DNA of 64,000 bases from positions 138,475-202,474 of the forward strand of contig CAYPYS010000002.1 of assembly GCA_964415355.1 (NCBI GenBank), read 5' to 3'. Origin of the DNA: an uncultured Planctomycetia bacterium. Its GTDB lineage: Bacteria > Omnitrophota > Gorgyraeia > Gorgyraeales > Gorgyraeaceae. Shown in pieces: positions 9,148 through 18,796 of this stretch (positions are counted from its first letter, which is position 1; the number at the start of each line of letters is the position of its first letter). Under the pieces are notes generated by a model, which saw only the letters and a list, made by a program, of their open reading frames with translations, searched no databases and was not told the DNA's origin. Position numbers and translations under genes: made by a program.

Positions 9148-10852
9148 ATAGGCCTTTTATTTTTCCGTCCTTGTCGATATCTACTTTTGTGCCGGCTGGT
9201 ACTGACGGTAGTCCCGGCATGGTGCGCATTGTGCCGCAAAGTGGATATAAAAATCCAGCGCCTGCTGATATCCTGACGTCTCTTATGGGTAATGTAAACT
9301 CCGAGGGCCTCCCTTTTAATTTAGGGTCATGCGACAGCGAAAGATGTGTCTTTGCCATATTCATCGGCAGTTTATCATAGCCCTGTTTTGTGTAATAATC
9401 TATTTTCTTTTCAGCTTCCTCGGAATACTCGACATCCTTCGCGCCGTATATTTTTTTTGCTATTCTTTCTATTTTTTCTTTTATAGGAACATCCAAAGGA
9501 TATAAGAATTTAAATTTTGATTTTTGTTCACACATTTTTAATACAGCCTGCGCAAGGTCTTTGCCGCCCTCTCCGCCTTTTTCCCATACGTCGCTTATGA
9601 CTACATCCATTGCCCCTGCTTTTTTGGCAATGTCCTTGATCGCATTTATTTCTTTTTCAGTGTCATATAAAAATCTGTTGATAGCCACTACTACGGGCAC
9701 GTTAAATAGTTTTATGTTTTCAATGTGCTTCACCAAATTTCCAGCACCTTTTACAACGGCTTCGACATTCTCTTTCTTTACAAGATCCATGTCCAATGGC
9801 TTGCCGGGAATTGCCTCAAATCCTCCACCGTGCATCTTTAGGGCTTTTACCGTACACACCAAGACCATGCCGTCCGGAGGCTTAAGGCCCTTGCTTCGAC
9901 ATTTGATATTCGCGAATTTTTCCGCCCCGCAGTCTGCTCCAAAGCCGCTCTCTGTTACGACGTAATCCCCTAGCTTCAGCGCGATCATATCTGCAAGGAC
10001 AGAATTGTTGCCGTGTGCTATATTTGCAAAAGGTCCCGCGTGCATAATACAGGGCGTGTTTTCGGTGGTCTGTATTAAATTTGGCTTAAGCGCGTCTTTT
10101 AAAAGGACTGCCATCGCGCCAGCGCATTTCAAATCTTCAGCAGTGACCGGTTTTCCGTTACGCGCCGTAGCAACGACCATTCTCGCAAGCCTTTTTCTTA
10201 GATCAGTCAGGCTTTCTGCGAGCGCCAATATAGCCATGACCTCACTGGCAACAGTTATATCAAAACCAGTATCTCTTGGTATGCCGTTTTCTTTTCCGCC
10301 AAGGCCTATCTTGATCTGCCGTAATGCCCTGTCGCTGATATCAACACATCGTCGCGTCACTATAGAGTCAGGGTCGATGCCCAGGGCATTTCCTTTTAAT
10401 AAATGGTTGTCTATGAATGCCGCCAATAGATTATTCGCAGCGCCTACTGCATGAATGTCTCCTGTAAAATGGAGATTTATATCCTCCATTGGTAATACCT
10501 GTGAGTAGCCGCCTCCGGCTGCACCACCTTTTATGCCGAAGACAGGTCCCATAGAAGGCTGTCGCAAGGTCGTAATGACTTTTTTCCCGAGCTTAGCGAG
10601 TCCTAGGCTTAACCCTATAGTGGTCACGGTCTTGCCTTCTCCTAAAGGCGTTGGCGTGATCGCGGTGACATCGATATATTTTCCTTGCGATTTATTTTTA
10701 AGACGGTCAAGAATGGAAAGGGATATTTTGGCCTTGTATTTTCCGTAGAACTCTAATTCATCTTCTTTAATGCCGATCTGAGAGGCTATTCCATTGATAG
10801 GTTTTAATTTTGCAGCTTGCGCTATCTCAAGGTCACTAGGAACTTTTTTCAA
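9143..10852 (-). CDS. fhs: Formate--tetrahydrofolate ligase
   Basis: 569 aa with the PTPLGEGKTTTTIGL P-loop and full-length FTHFS similarity. Its stop codon lies inside a repeat copy. Confidence 0.95.
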   Translation of the reverse strand: MKKVPSDLEIAQAAKLKPINGIASQIGIKEDELEFYGKYKAKISLSILDRLKNKSQGKYIDVTAITPTPLGEGKTVTTIGLSLGLAKLGKKVITTLRQPSMGPVFGIKGGAAGGGYSQVLPMEDINLHFTGDIHAVGAANNLLAAFIDNHLLKGNALGIDPDSIVTRRCVDISDRALRQIKIGLGGKENGIPRDTGFDITVASEVMAILALAESLTDLRKRLARMVVATARNGKPVTAEDLKCAGAMAVLLKDALKPNLIQTTENTPCIMHAGPFANIAHGNNSVLADMIALKLGDYVVTESGFGADCGAEKFANIKCRSKGLKPPDGMVLVCTVKALKMHGGGFEAIPGKPLDMDLVKKENVEAVVKGAGNLVKHIENIKLFNVPVVVAINRFLYDTEKEINAIKDIAKKAGAMDVVISDVWEKGGEGGKDLAQAVLKMCEQKSKFKFLYPLDVPIKEKIERIAKKIYGAKDVEYSEEAEKKIDYYTKQGYDKLPMNMAKTHLSLSHDPKLKGRPSEFTLPIRDVRISAGAGFLYPLCGTMRTMPGLPSVPAGTKVDIDKDGKIKGLF

Positions 10853-10884
10853 GTCTCACCTCCTGATTTACTCAAGCAAGAGCT

Positions 10885-10923
10885 TTAAGTATACACTTTA
10901 ACATTGTTGAAATGTATACTTAA
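10885..10923. repeat. REP-like repeat copy, GTATACA-arm subtype
   Basis: ttaagtatacactttaacattgttgaaatgtatacttaa. Overlaps the yraN stop. Confidence 0.9.
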
Positions 10924-11300
10924 TATTTATATCGTTCATTTAATTCAAAGGCGTTTTTAATGAGCTTGATTTTCGGGCTGTTGCTGTCCACGTCTTCGAC
11001 GCTTACCACGTCAAATTTACAGTTTTTGTTTTCCAGCTTTTTCAGTTTTATATACATCAATGCTGTCTTGGTAATTTGATCTTGCTTTCTTCTGTCAATA
11101 GACTGCTCCGGAAGCCCGAACGCTTTTGAATTTACTGAACGTACCTCAATAAAAGAAATATATCCGTCGTCAGCTATTATGTCTATTTCTCCGTGCCTTG
11201 TCCTGAAATTTTTTTCGATTATATCATACCCTTGACTTCTCAGAAAAGAGGCTGCTATCTCCTCCCCTTTTTTACCAGTCGAAATCCTTTTAAAAGTCAT
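10920..11300 (-). CDS. yraN: YraN-family endonuclease (UPF0102)
   Basis: 126 aa. GEEIAASFLRSQGYDIIEKNFRTRHGEIDII motif. Conserved position downstream of rnhB. Confidence 0.8.
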   Translation of the reverse strand: MTFKRISTGKKGEEIAASFLRSQGYDIIEKNFRTRHGEIDIIADDGYISFIEVRSVNSKAFGLPEQSIDRRKQDQITKTALMYIKLKKLENKNCKFDVVSVEDVDSNSPKIKLIKNAFELNERYKY

Positions 11301-11953
11301 TTCTTCTTCACAGGCGCGAAGCTTTTCCTATGAATCGCGCAAGGGCCGTTCTTTTTCAATGCATCGATGTGCGTTTTTGTCCCATAACCTTTATGTTTTG
11401 AAAAACCGTATTGAGGGAATGTTTTATCATAAGAAATCATTATTCTATCACGCGTGACCTTCGCGATGATAGACGCCGCAGCGATCGAAAGGCTCTTTGA
11501 ATCCCCTTTCAAAATAGGGACTGTTTTGTAAGGGAGGTCCGGGCTCATGTTGCCATCCACAAGCACGCAGACATTTTTCCTTATTTGTTTTTTCTCGCAT
11601 CTATTTAAACGACAAAATTCTTCTACGAGTCTCTCCACGGCTTGCTTCATGGCTGAAAGCGTAGCGACCCTTATATTTTTCTTGTCTATAAAACCGTGTC
11701 CTCTTAGGCCTACTCCAAAAACAGCCTTTCTGGATATCTCGCTAAAGGCCTTTTCCCTTTGTCTGGGAAGCAATTTTTTAGAGTCGTCGATTCTCTCTCC
11801 AAAACGAGGAAAATTAAATCTTTTTAATGGAGATGTTTTAAGGACAACAGCTGCTGCTACTACAGGACCGGCAAGCGGGCCCCGCCCCGCTTCATCTAGA
11901 CCGATGATTACGGCCGCGCCTTCAAGAAATGCCCTCTTTTCACAGAGGAGCAT
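11297..11953 (-). CDS. rnhB: Ribonuclease HII. The start is probably the internal ATG at 11953; the track ORF extends to 11986.
   Basis: GLDEAGRGPLAGPVVAAAVVL catalytic motif. The track's N-terminal extension overlaps rplS. Confidence 0.8.
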   Translation of the reverse strand: MLLCEKRAFLEGAAVIIGLDEAGRGPLAGPVVAAAVVLKTSPLKRFNFPRFGERIDDSKKLLPRQREKAFSEISRKAVFGVGLRGHGFIDKKNIRVATLSAMKQAVERLVEEFCRLNRCEKKQIRKNVCVLVDGNMSPDLPYKTVPILKGDSKSLSIAAASIIAKVTRDRIMISYDKTFPQYGFSKHKGYGTKTHIDALKKNGPCAIHRKSFAPVKKK

Positions 11954-12314
11954 CCTCCTTTTTGTCAAGCGTTTGTTCCTCTTCAATCTTTGTGCGTTTC
12001 CCTATTTTTTTACGCAGATAATATAGCCTGGATCTTCTGACCTTGCCTTTTTTTACGATAGCGACAGAATCTATCGAGGGCGAATGCAGCTGAAAAACCC
12101 TCTCTGCGCCTTCGCCATACGATATGCGCCTCACAGTGAAGGTTTCTCTTGAGCCAGAGCCTTTCCTGGCTATGACTATACCTTCAAAGGCCTGCAGGCG
12201 AGTCTTGTCGCCTTCCTTGATCTTTACGAAGACCTTTACTGTATCCCCGGCTTTAAAATCAGGCATATTCTTCTTTGCAAATTCCTTTTCGAGTTCACGG
12301 ATTTTACTGTTCAT
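11940..12314 (-). CDS. rplS: 50S ribosomal protein L19
   Basis: 124 aa with full-length L19 similarity (…FEGIVIARKGSGSRETFTVRRISYGEGAERVF…). Confidence 0.9.
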   Translation of the reverse strand: MNSKIRELEKEFAKKNMPDFKAGDTVKVFVKIKEGDKTRLQAFEGIVIARKGSGSRETFTVRRISYGEGAERVFQLHSPSIDSVAIVKKGKVRRSRLYYLRKKIGKRTKIEEEQTLDKKEDAPL

Positions 12315-12323
12315 TTCTCCTCC

Positions 12324-13010
12324 TCATTTAATTAAATCTGGTCTTTTTTTCTTTGTTGCCTTCAGGGACTCTTTTTTTCTCCATTCTTTGATCTTTTCAT
12401 GATCCCCTGACAAAAGTACCTTTGGGACCCCCATGCCTTTATAATCAGCAGGCCTTGTGTATTGCGGGTATTCCAGTAAATTTTTCGAAAAAGATTCTTC
12501 TTGATTAGAATCTTCATTTCCCAGCGCGCCGGGCAAAAGCCTGATAATGCTATCGATCATTACCATGGCAGCGAGCTCTCCGCCTGTCATGACAAAATCA
12601 CCTATCGATATTTCTTCGTCGATCAGATACTCCCTGACTCTCGCGTCAATACCCTCATAATGTCCGCATAGCAAAATCATATGCTCATGCTTGGACATTT
12701 TTTTTGCCAGCTTCTGGTTAAAGGTCGTGCCTTTTGGACTCAGTAAAACAGTCCGGGTCTTTAATCTTTTGTCCTTGGTCTTGCGTCTTATGTAATTTAC
12801 GGCTTCAAAGAACGGCTCGGCGTTCATAACCATGCCCGGTCCGCCGCCAAACGGTTTATTGTCCACTTTTCTATGCTTGTCTTTTGTAAAATCCCTTAAG
12901 TCCACGACGTTTATTTCTGCGACGCCTTTCTTGAGGGCTCGTTTTACAATGGACTCTCCGAGCACAGCATCAAACATCTTTGGAAATATAGTCAATACAT
13001 CTATGCGCAT
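12324..13010 (-). CDS. trmD: tRNA (guanine37-N1)-methyltransferase
   Basis: 228 aa. MRIDVLTIFPKMFD start with a SPOUT fold. Confidence 0.9.
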   Translation of the reverse strand: MRIDVLTIFPKMFDAVLGESIVKRALKKGVAEINVVDLRDFTKDKHRKVDNKPFGGGPGMVMNAEPFFEAVNYIRRKTKDKRLKTRTVLLSPKGTTFNQKLAKKMSKHEHMILLCGHYEGIDARVREYLIDEEISIGDFVMTGGELAAMVMIDSIIRLLPGALGNEDSNQEESFSKNLLEYPQYTRPADYKGMGVPKVLLSGDHEKIKEWRKKESLKATKKKRPDLIK

Positions 13011-13046
13011 ATTAACTTGCTGTCATTGTGATGCCGATCCGAAACC

Positions 13047-13289
13047 TTATAGCACGCCTTGCTTTTTTAGAAGACTCTTTACGATCTCAGATGGCGTTGC
13101 GCCATTGGATATCCAATATTTCGCGCGCTCCTTATCCACCATGATAAGAGCCGGGTTTTTTGAAGGGTCATAATAGCCGATCTCTTCAATGGTCTTGCCG
13201 TCCCTGGCTCGTTTTTTATCGCACACGACTATCCTCTGATGAGGCTTTTTCTTTGTCCCGAACCTTTTCAATCTGATTCTTACTGCCAC
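13047..13289 (-). CDS. rpsP: 30S ribosomal protein S16
   Basis: 80 aa, MAVRIRLKRFGTKKKPHQRIVV… (rimM is absent between rpsP and trmD). Confidence 0.9.
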   Translation of the reverse strand: MAVRIRLKRFGTKKKPHQRIVVCDKKRARDGKTIEEIGYYDPSKNPALIMVDKERAKYWISNGATPSEIVKSLLKKQGVL

Positions 13290-13303
13290 TTTAATCCCTC
13301 CTT

Positions 13304-13340
13304 TAACTTTACATTTTAACGTTGTTGAAATGTAAAGTTA
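13304..13340. repeat. REP-like palindromic intergenic repeat copy
   Basis: taactttacattttaacgttgttgaaatgtaaagtta, about 14 nt upstream of the rpsP start. Confidence 0.9.
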
Positions 13341-14603
13341 TTCTTCTTTTTCTCGTTTTATCTTTGCGCCTAATTGTTCTAGTTTATCTTCGATGCTATG
13401 GTACCCGCGGTCCAGGTGATATATCCTGGATATCTCGGTCGGGCTTTTGGCAACTAGGCCTGCCAACACCAGCGCCGCGCTGGCCCGCAAATCCGACGCC
13501 ATAACAGGAGCCCCGCTTAAACGGGAAACGCCCTTGACTATTGCCCTGGATCCCTCGAGCATGATCTGGGCGCCCATCCTGGCGAGTTCGCCTACATGCA
13601 TAAACCTTTCGGGATAGACCTTTTCGCTGATCACGCTTATACCCTTTGTAACGCACATTAGCGCCATCATTTGCGCCTGCATATCGGTTGGAAAACCAGG
13701 ATACGGCAGAGTGGTCACATCGACCGGCTTCAATGCGTAAGGCCTCCTTACTCTTAACCCGTCTTTTACCTTTGTTACCTTGGCGCCCGCGTTGTGTAAT
13801 TTATCCACTATCGCACCAAGATGTTCTATCTTGGTGTGCTTGATCGTTATGTCTCCGCCAGTAATGGCTGAGGCGACCATGAATGTCCCAGCCTCTATTC
13901 TATCGTATATGACAGAATGTTCTGCGCCGCGAAGAGAAGTTACTCCTTCTATTTCTATGCTAGGCGTATTGTAACCTTTTATCTTGGCGCCCATTTTAAT
14001 TAAAAAATTTGCCAGATCATTTATCTCTGGTTCGCAGGCAGCGCTTTCTATCACAGTCTTTCCTTTTGCGAGCGTCGCAGCCATCATAAGATTTGCGGTT
14101 GCCAATACGCTTGGACCAAAATTTCCGCCTAAGTAAACCCTGCCGCCTTTTAAAGTCTTTGCGTCGGCGACTATATAACCGCGCTGGATCTTTATATCGG
14201 CGCCTATGGAACGCAGCCCTTTTATATGCAAATCAATGGGTCTGGGTCCGATCACGCAACCGCCCGGCATGGAAACCTCGGCATGTTTTAGCTTAGCCAG
14301 AACAGGCCCTAACACGCATATCGATGCCCTCATCGTACTGACAAGTTTATAAGACGCTGTGCAGTTAGAGTAATTACCCGGCTCTACGGTAACAACGTCG
14401 TCTTCCATGTTCACCTTTACGCCCAATGTTCTCATTATCCGGAGCATGGTGTAGACATCTCTGAGCGGCGGCACATTTTTTATTACAGATTTGGACTCCG
14501 TTAAGAGGGTCGCAGCCAGAATTGGTAGCGCCGCGTTCTTTGCCCCGCTTAGATCGACGACCCCTTTTAACTTTGCCCCGCCCTCTACGATAAACTTATC
14601 CAT
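13338..14603 (-). CDS. murA: UDP-N-acetylglucosamine 1-carboxyvinyltransferase. The start is probably the MDKF… ATG at 14603.
   Basis: MDKFIVEGGAKLKGVVDLSGAKNAALPILAA N-terminus and full-length MurA similarity. Confidence 0.9.
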   Translation of the reverse strand: MDKFIVEGGAKLKGVVDLSGAKNAALPILAATLLTESKSVIKNVPPLRDVYTMLRIMRTLGVKVNMEDDVVTVEPGNYSNCTASYKLVSTMRASICVLGPVLAKLKHAEVSMPGGCVIGPRPIDLHIKGLRSIGADIKIQRGYIVADAKTLKGGRVYLGGNFGPSVLATANLMMAATLAKGKTVIESAACEPEINDLANFLIKMGAKIKGYNTPSIEIEGVTSLRGAEHSVIYDRIEAGTFMVASAITGGDITIKHTKIEHLGAIVDKLHNAGAKVTKVKDGLRVRRPYALKPVDVTTLPYPGFPTDMQAQMMALMCVTKGISVISEKVYPERFMHVGELARMGAQIMLEGSRAIVKGVSRLSGAPVMASDLRASAALVLAGLVAKSPTEISRIYHLDRGYHSIEDKLEQLGAKIKREKEE

Positions 14604-14620
14604 GCTAAATTCCACCTAGC

Positions 14621-14660
14621 CTAACTTTACATTTCAACAACGTTAAAGTGTAAACTTAGG
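14621..14660. repeat. REP-like palindromic intergenic repeat copy
   Basis: ctaactttacatttcaacaacgttaaagtgtaaacttagg. Contains the prmC stop. Confidence 0.9.
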
Positions 14661-15509
14661 GCGCAGTTCTACTACCCTGTCTATATTCGAGAAATCCTTT
14701 GTTACCTTATATGTTTCAAATAATCCTGTCGAGTTAAAAATAGCTTTAATGACTTCCGATTGATCGGCCCCTATTTCTATCAATAGCGCCCCATTTTTTC
14801 TTAAATAATGCAAGGCATCACTTGCAATGCGCCTGTAAAAATCAAGGCCATCGTGTCCTCCGTCCAGAGCGACGCGAGGCTCGAATGTAACCTCTTTTTG
14901 CAATACGCCTAATTCATCATTGCGCACGTAAGGAGGGTTGCATACTATTATATCAAATTTGAGATCTTTATCAATCGGTAAGGCCTTAAAAAGATCCCCC
15001 TTGCAAAAGTTAATTCTTTTATCCACGCCATGAATAGAGGCGTTATGACTGGCTGTTTCTAACGCGCTCTGAGAAATATCAGCAGCAAATGTCTTTGCGC
15101 ATGGCAATGACTTGGCGAGGCTGGTCGCTATGTTACCGCTACCTGTGCAGAGGTCAAGTATCTTCATGCTCCGTATATTGTATTCTGCATATCGCAAAAC
15201 TTCTTTTACTAAAACCTCTGTCTCTGGCCTGGGAATAAAAGTGTCCTTGTTCACAATGAAATCCATCCCCATGAATTCTGCGTGGCCGATTATGTATTGA
15301 AGCGGTTCTCCTGATAAGCGTCTTTCTATAAGCGCTTCGCATAACTTAAAAGTCTTATCGTCAACAGCGCCGTTATTCAGGTATAATTCTTCTCTCGCGC
15401 AGTTCAGCGCATGGGACAATAAGACCTCAGCCTCTATCTGCGGAATGCGCACAGAATACCTGTTTATTAGATAAAAAATGTTTTTTTCTGCTCGTAGGGT
15501 TTCTAGCAT
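14643..15509 (-). CDS. prmC: Release-factor glutamine N5-methyltransferase (HemK/PrmC)
   Basis: 288 aa with the NPPY motif (IIVCNPPYVRNDE). Stop codon and the last ~6 codons lie inside a repeat. Confidence 0.85.
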   Translation of the reverse strand: MLETLRAEKNIFYLINRYSVRIPQIEAEVLLSHALNCAREELYLNNGAVDDKTFKLCEALIERRLSGEPLQYIIGHAEFMGMDFIVNKDTFIPRPETEVLVKEVLRYAEYNIRSMKILDLCTGSGNIATSLAKSLPCAKTFAADISQSALETASHNASIHGVDKRINFCKGDLFKALPIDKDLKFDIIVCNPPYVRNDELGVLQKEVTFEPRVALDGGHDGLDFYRRIASDALHYLRKNGALLIEIGADQSEVIKAIFNSTGLFETYKVTKDFSNIDRVVELRPKFTL

Positions 15510-15516
15510 AATTTTA

Positions 15517-16581
15517 TTATTTCTGCCCCAGCTTTATTTTTTTCTCAGCCAATTTTAAGGCTTCGATGACCTCGTCTATTTCGCCCTCCATGACCCTGTC
15601 CAGTTTATGTATGGTAAAACCTATCCTGTGATCGGTCACCCGCCTGTCGGGGAAATTATAGGTGCGTATCTTTTCGCTGCGGTCGCCTGAGCCTACCTGT
15701 TTTTTTCTGTCGCTTGCCATCTTCTTCTCTTGCTTGCTTCGCAAGCCTTCCAATATTCTCGCCTTTAAGACCTTCATGGCAGCAGCTTTATTTTTATGCT
15801 GCGATCTCTCGTTTTGACATTGCACCACGATGCCTGTGGGAATATGCGTGATCCTCACCGCGGAATCCGTGACATTCACATGTTGACCGCCTGCGCCGCT
15901 AGACCGATATGTGTCGATTCTCAGGTCCTGCGGGTTTATCTGGACGTCCACGTCTTCAGCTTCCGGCAATACAGCGACCGTGACGGCAGAGGTATGTATT
16001 CTGCCAGAGGATTCTGTGCTGGGGACCCTCTGCACTCTATGCACCCCGCTTTCGTATTTTAAATTTTTATACACATCTTTACCTTTTACGGCAAATATAA
16101 CTTCCTTAAAACCGCCTACCTCGGCTATATGGCTATCCAGCACTTCTGTTTTCCAGCCGCGCTTTGCCGCGTATTTCGAATACAGCCTGAACAGGTCACC
16201 TGCGAACAGCGAGGCTTCGTGTCCACCTGTCCCGGCCCTTATTTCCATGATTACGTCTTTGGCTGCGTCAGCATCTTCTTCGATGATCGCCTCTTCCAGG
16301 CCTGTCTCCAGGGCTTTTCTCTTTTTGTCCAGGTCTTCGAGCTCGCTCTTTGCCATCTCGCGCAGTTCTTCGTGCGTCTCTTTCTCTAAAAGCTTTTTCG
16401 CTTCTTCCTCTTCCGAAACTATTTTTTTATACTCTTTGTATTTCGCGACAAGGTCTTCCATTGACGAAAGTTCTTTTGCGAGCTTGCGGCACTTCTCCAG
16501 ATCAGACGCCACCTCATTGTCCGCCAGAAGGACCTTTATCTCTTCGTATCGTTTTAATATAGAATCCAGTTTCTCAAGCAT
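15517..16581 (-). CDS. prfA: Peptide chain release factor 1. The track start 16608 is a repeat-derived extension; the likely start is the [12 protein letters not shown] at 16581.
   Basis: [35 protein letters not shown] (GGQ motif region). Confidence 0.9.
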   Translation of the reverse strand: MLEKLDSILKRYEEIKVLLADNEVASDLEKCRKLAKELSSMEDLVAKYKEYKKIVSEEEEAKKLLEKETHEELREMAKSELEDLDKKRKALETGLEEAIIEEDADAAKDVIMEIRAGTGGHEASLFAGDLFRLYSKYAAKRGWKTEVLDSHIAEVGGFKEVIFAVKGKDVYKNLKYESGVHRVQRVPSTESSGRIHTSAVTVAVLPEAEDVDVQINPQDLRIDTYRSSGAGGQHVNVTDSAVRITHIPTGIVVQCQNERSQHKNKAAAMKVLKARILEGLRSKQEKKMASDRKKQVGSGDRSEKIRTYNFPDRRVTDHRIGFTIHKLDRVMEGEIDEVIEALKLAEKKIKLGQK

Positions 16582-16589
16582 AGCTATTC

Positions 16590-16627
16590 TAACTTTACAC
16601 TTCAACAACGTTAAAGTGTAAAGTTAG
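16590..16627. repeat. REP-like palindromic intergenic repeat copy
   Basis: taactttacacttcaacaacgttaaagtgtaaagttagg, about 8 nt upstream of the prfA start. Confidence 0.9.
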
Positions 16628-16629
16628 GT

Positions 16630-16830
16630 TTATTTTTTCTTGTATTTCTTTAAGAACTTCTCTACCCTGCCGGCAGAATCCACGAATTTCTGCTTGCCCG
16701 TAAAGAACGGGTGGCACTTGGAACATATTTCTACGCGTATGTTCTGTTTAGTAGAGCGCGTGTGTATTACCTCGCCGCAAGCGCAGATAATAGTAGCGTC
16801 TTTGTACTCTGGGTGAGTTTTAGCTTTCAT
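16630..16830 (-). CDS. rpmE: 50S ribosomal protein L31
   Basis: 66 aa, [28 protein letters not shown]…[10 protein letters not shown] zinc ribbon. Confidence 0.9.
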   Translation of the reverse strand: MKAKTHPEYKDATIICACGEVIHTRSTKQNIRVEICSKCHPFFTGKQKFVDSAGRVEKFLKKYKKK

Positions 16831-16855
16831 GATCGATCTCCTCCGTATCTTGTCT

Positions 16856-16892
16856 TAACTTTACATTTCAACAATGTTAAAGTGTAAAGTTA
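16856..16892. repeat. REP-like palindromic intergenic repeat copy
   Basis: taactttacatttcaacaatgttaaagtgtaaagtta. Contains the rho stop. Confidence 0.9.
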
Positions 16893-18155
16893 CTTGTTCA
16901 AGGTTTCCAGGAATTCCTCGTTTGTCTTCGTCTTGCTGATCTTATTCAGCAGAAGCTCCATCGCCTCTATGCTGTTCAGCTCATTTAAAACTTTCCTCAT
17001 TATCCATACCCTCTGAAGTTTCTTTTCTTCTAAAAGCAGCTCTTCTTTTCTCGTGTTTGACCGCTTTATATCAATGGCCGGATAGATCCTCCTCTGAAAC
17101 AGGTTTCTGTCCAGTTGGAGTTCCATGTTTCCCGTGCCCTTGAACTCCTCGAATATAACCTCATCCATCCTGCTGCCTGTGTCGACAAGGGCAGTCGCGA
17201 TTATAGTCAAGCTACCGCCTTCTTCTATATTTCTTGCCGCGCCAAAGAATCTCTTTGGTTTGTGCAAAGCGTTCGAATCTACGCCTCCTGAGAGGATCTT
17301 TCCAGAATGAGGCACTACAGTGTTATACGCCCTTGCGAGGCGGGTTATGCTGTCCAGCAGTATCACGACGTCCTTTTTATGCTCGACCAGTCTCTTTGCC
17401 TTTTCGAGCACCATCTCGGCAACCTGGACGTGTCTTTCAGCCGGCTCGTCAAAGGTAGAGCTTATAACCTCGCCTTTTACAGAGCGCTCCATGTCAGTGA
17501 CTTCTTCGGGCCTTTCGTCGATTAAAAGCACCATTATAATGGTATCTGGAAAATTTTCAGAGATACTGTTTGCCACTTTCTGCATGATTATCGTCTTGCC
17601 GCTATAAGGGGGCGCGACGATCGTGCCTCTCTGTCCCTTTCCTATCGGCGTCAAAAGATCCATTATGCGCGTAGTGTTATCTTTTTTCTTTGACTCAAGT
17701 ATATATCTTTCATTTGGATAAATAGGGGTGAGATTATCGAACAATATCTTGTCTTTTGCGGATTCAGGGGATTCAAAATTCACCGCCTCTACCTTTAACA
17801 ATGCAAAGTATTTTTCACCCTCTTTAGGCGGCCTGATCTGCCCGCTTACTGTATCGCCTGTCCTCAAGGAAAACTTTTTAATCTGCGAGGGCGATATGTA
17901 TATATCATCGGGACAAGGCAAATAATTATAATTCGGCGAACGCAAAAACCCAAACCCATCAGGAAGGGTCTCTAGTACTCCCTCGCCGAAAATAAGGCCT
18001 GACCTTTCTGTTTGAGCCTGCAGGACCTTAAAAATAAGGTCTTGCTTCTTGAGCCCGCTTATATTATTTACCTTCATGTCTTTGGCAATCTTATTTAGCT
18101 CTGAAATCTTAAGTGACTTTAATTTCCCGATATCCAATTTTTCGCTTACTGGCAT
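16890..18155 (-). CDS. rho: Transcription termination factor Rho
   Basis: 421 aa with an N-terminal RNA-binding domain and RecA-like ATPase ([17 protein letters not shown]). Confidence 0.9.
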   Translation of the reverse strand: MPVSEKLDIGKLKSLKISELNKIAKDMKVNNISGLKKQDLIFKVLQAQTERSGLIFGEGVLETLPDGFGFLRSPNYNYLPCPDDIYISPSQIKKFSLRTGDTVSGQIRPPKEGEKYFALLKVEAVNFESPESAKDKILFDNLTPIYPNERYILESKKKDNTTRIMDLLTPIGKGQRGTIVAPPYSGKTIIMQKVANSISENFPDTIIMVLLIDERPEEVTDMERSVKGEVISSTFDEPAERHVQVAEMVLEKAKRLVEHKKDVVILLDSITRLARAYNTVVPHSGKILSGGVDSNALHKPKRFFGAARNIEEGGSLTIIATALVDTGSRMDEVIFEEFKGTGNMELQLDRNLFQRRIYPAIDIKRSNTRKEELLLEEKKLQRVWIMRKVLNELNSIEAMELLLNKISKTKTNEEFLETLNK

Positions 18156-18742
18156 AGTTCACCCCTGAGTGTTTTCCAGATCTTTCTGACCTGGGTTAAA
18201 GTTGCTTTTTTCGAACCATTATTATCTATGATAAAGTCAGCGAGCGCCAGCTTTTTTTTTAATGGCGCCTGCTTCTTGATTCTGTCCAAGGCCTTTCTCT
18301 TGGTCATGCCTTTTGCCTTGACTATCCTGCGGATTTGCTTGTCCCTTCGCGTCTTTACAACGATCAATCTATCCAGGCTCTTGTGGAATTTTGTTTCGAC
18401 AAGAAGGGGTGCGTCTACAATGACAACGCTGTTTCTCTTCTCCTTTCGAATGATCCTTTTGATCTCCTTTATGGCATGCGGATGAACCAGCTTATTTAAA
18501 AGCTTAAGCTTGGATTTTTCTTTAAAGACTATCTCTCCGAGCTTCTTTCTGTTAATAGTCTTATCCCCAGCCAGCACTTCTTTGCCAAAATACCCGATTA
18601 TTTTTTTGTACACCAATGTATTAGGCCTTATTAATGAATGACAGACCTTGTCAGCATCGATGACTATGCCGCCAAGCCTGGCGAACATTTTCGCGACTTC
18701 TGTCTTACCACTTCCAAAGCTTCCTGTAATGCCTATAACCAT
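18146..18742 (-). CDS. coaE: Dephospho-CoA kinase
   Basis: 198 aa, [21 protein letters not shown]-loop. Overlaps the rho start by 10 nt. Confidence 0.85.
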   Translation of the reverse strand: MVIGITGSFGSGKTEVAKMFARLGGIVIDADKVCHSLIRPNTLVYKKIIGYFGKEVLAGDKTINRKKLGEIVFKEKSKLKLLNKLVHPHAIKEIKRIIRKEKRNSVVIVDAPLLVETKFHKSLDRLIVVKTRRDKQIRRIVKAKGMTKRKALDRIKKQAPLKKKLALADFIIDNNGSKKATLTQVRKIWKTLRGELCQ

Positions 18743-18757
18743 TTTGTCTTTATCGTC

Positions 18758-18796
18758 TAACTTTACACTTTAACGTTGTTGAAATGTAAAGTTAGG
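18758..18796. repeat. REP-like palindromic intergenic repeat copy
   Basis: taactttacactttaacgttgttgaaatgtaaagttagg, between polA and coaE. Confidence 0.9.

Noticed and set aside
11940-11986. A long N-terminal extension of rnhB overlapping rplS (track start 11986).
   Set aside because: The extension is Lys/Arg-rich and overlaps the conserved L19 coding region. An internal ATG at 11953 gives an RNase HII of canonical length.
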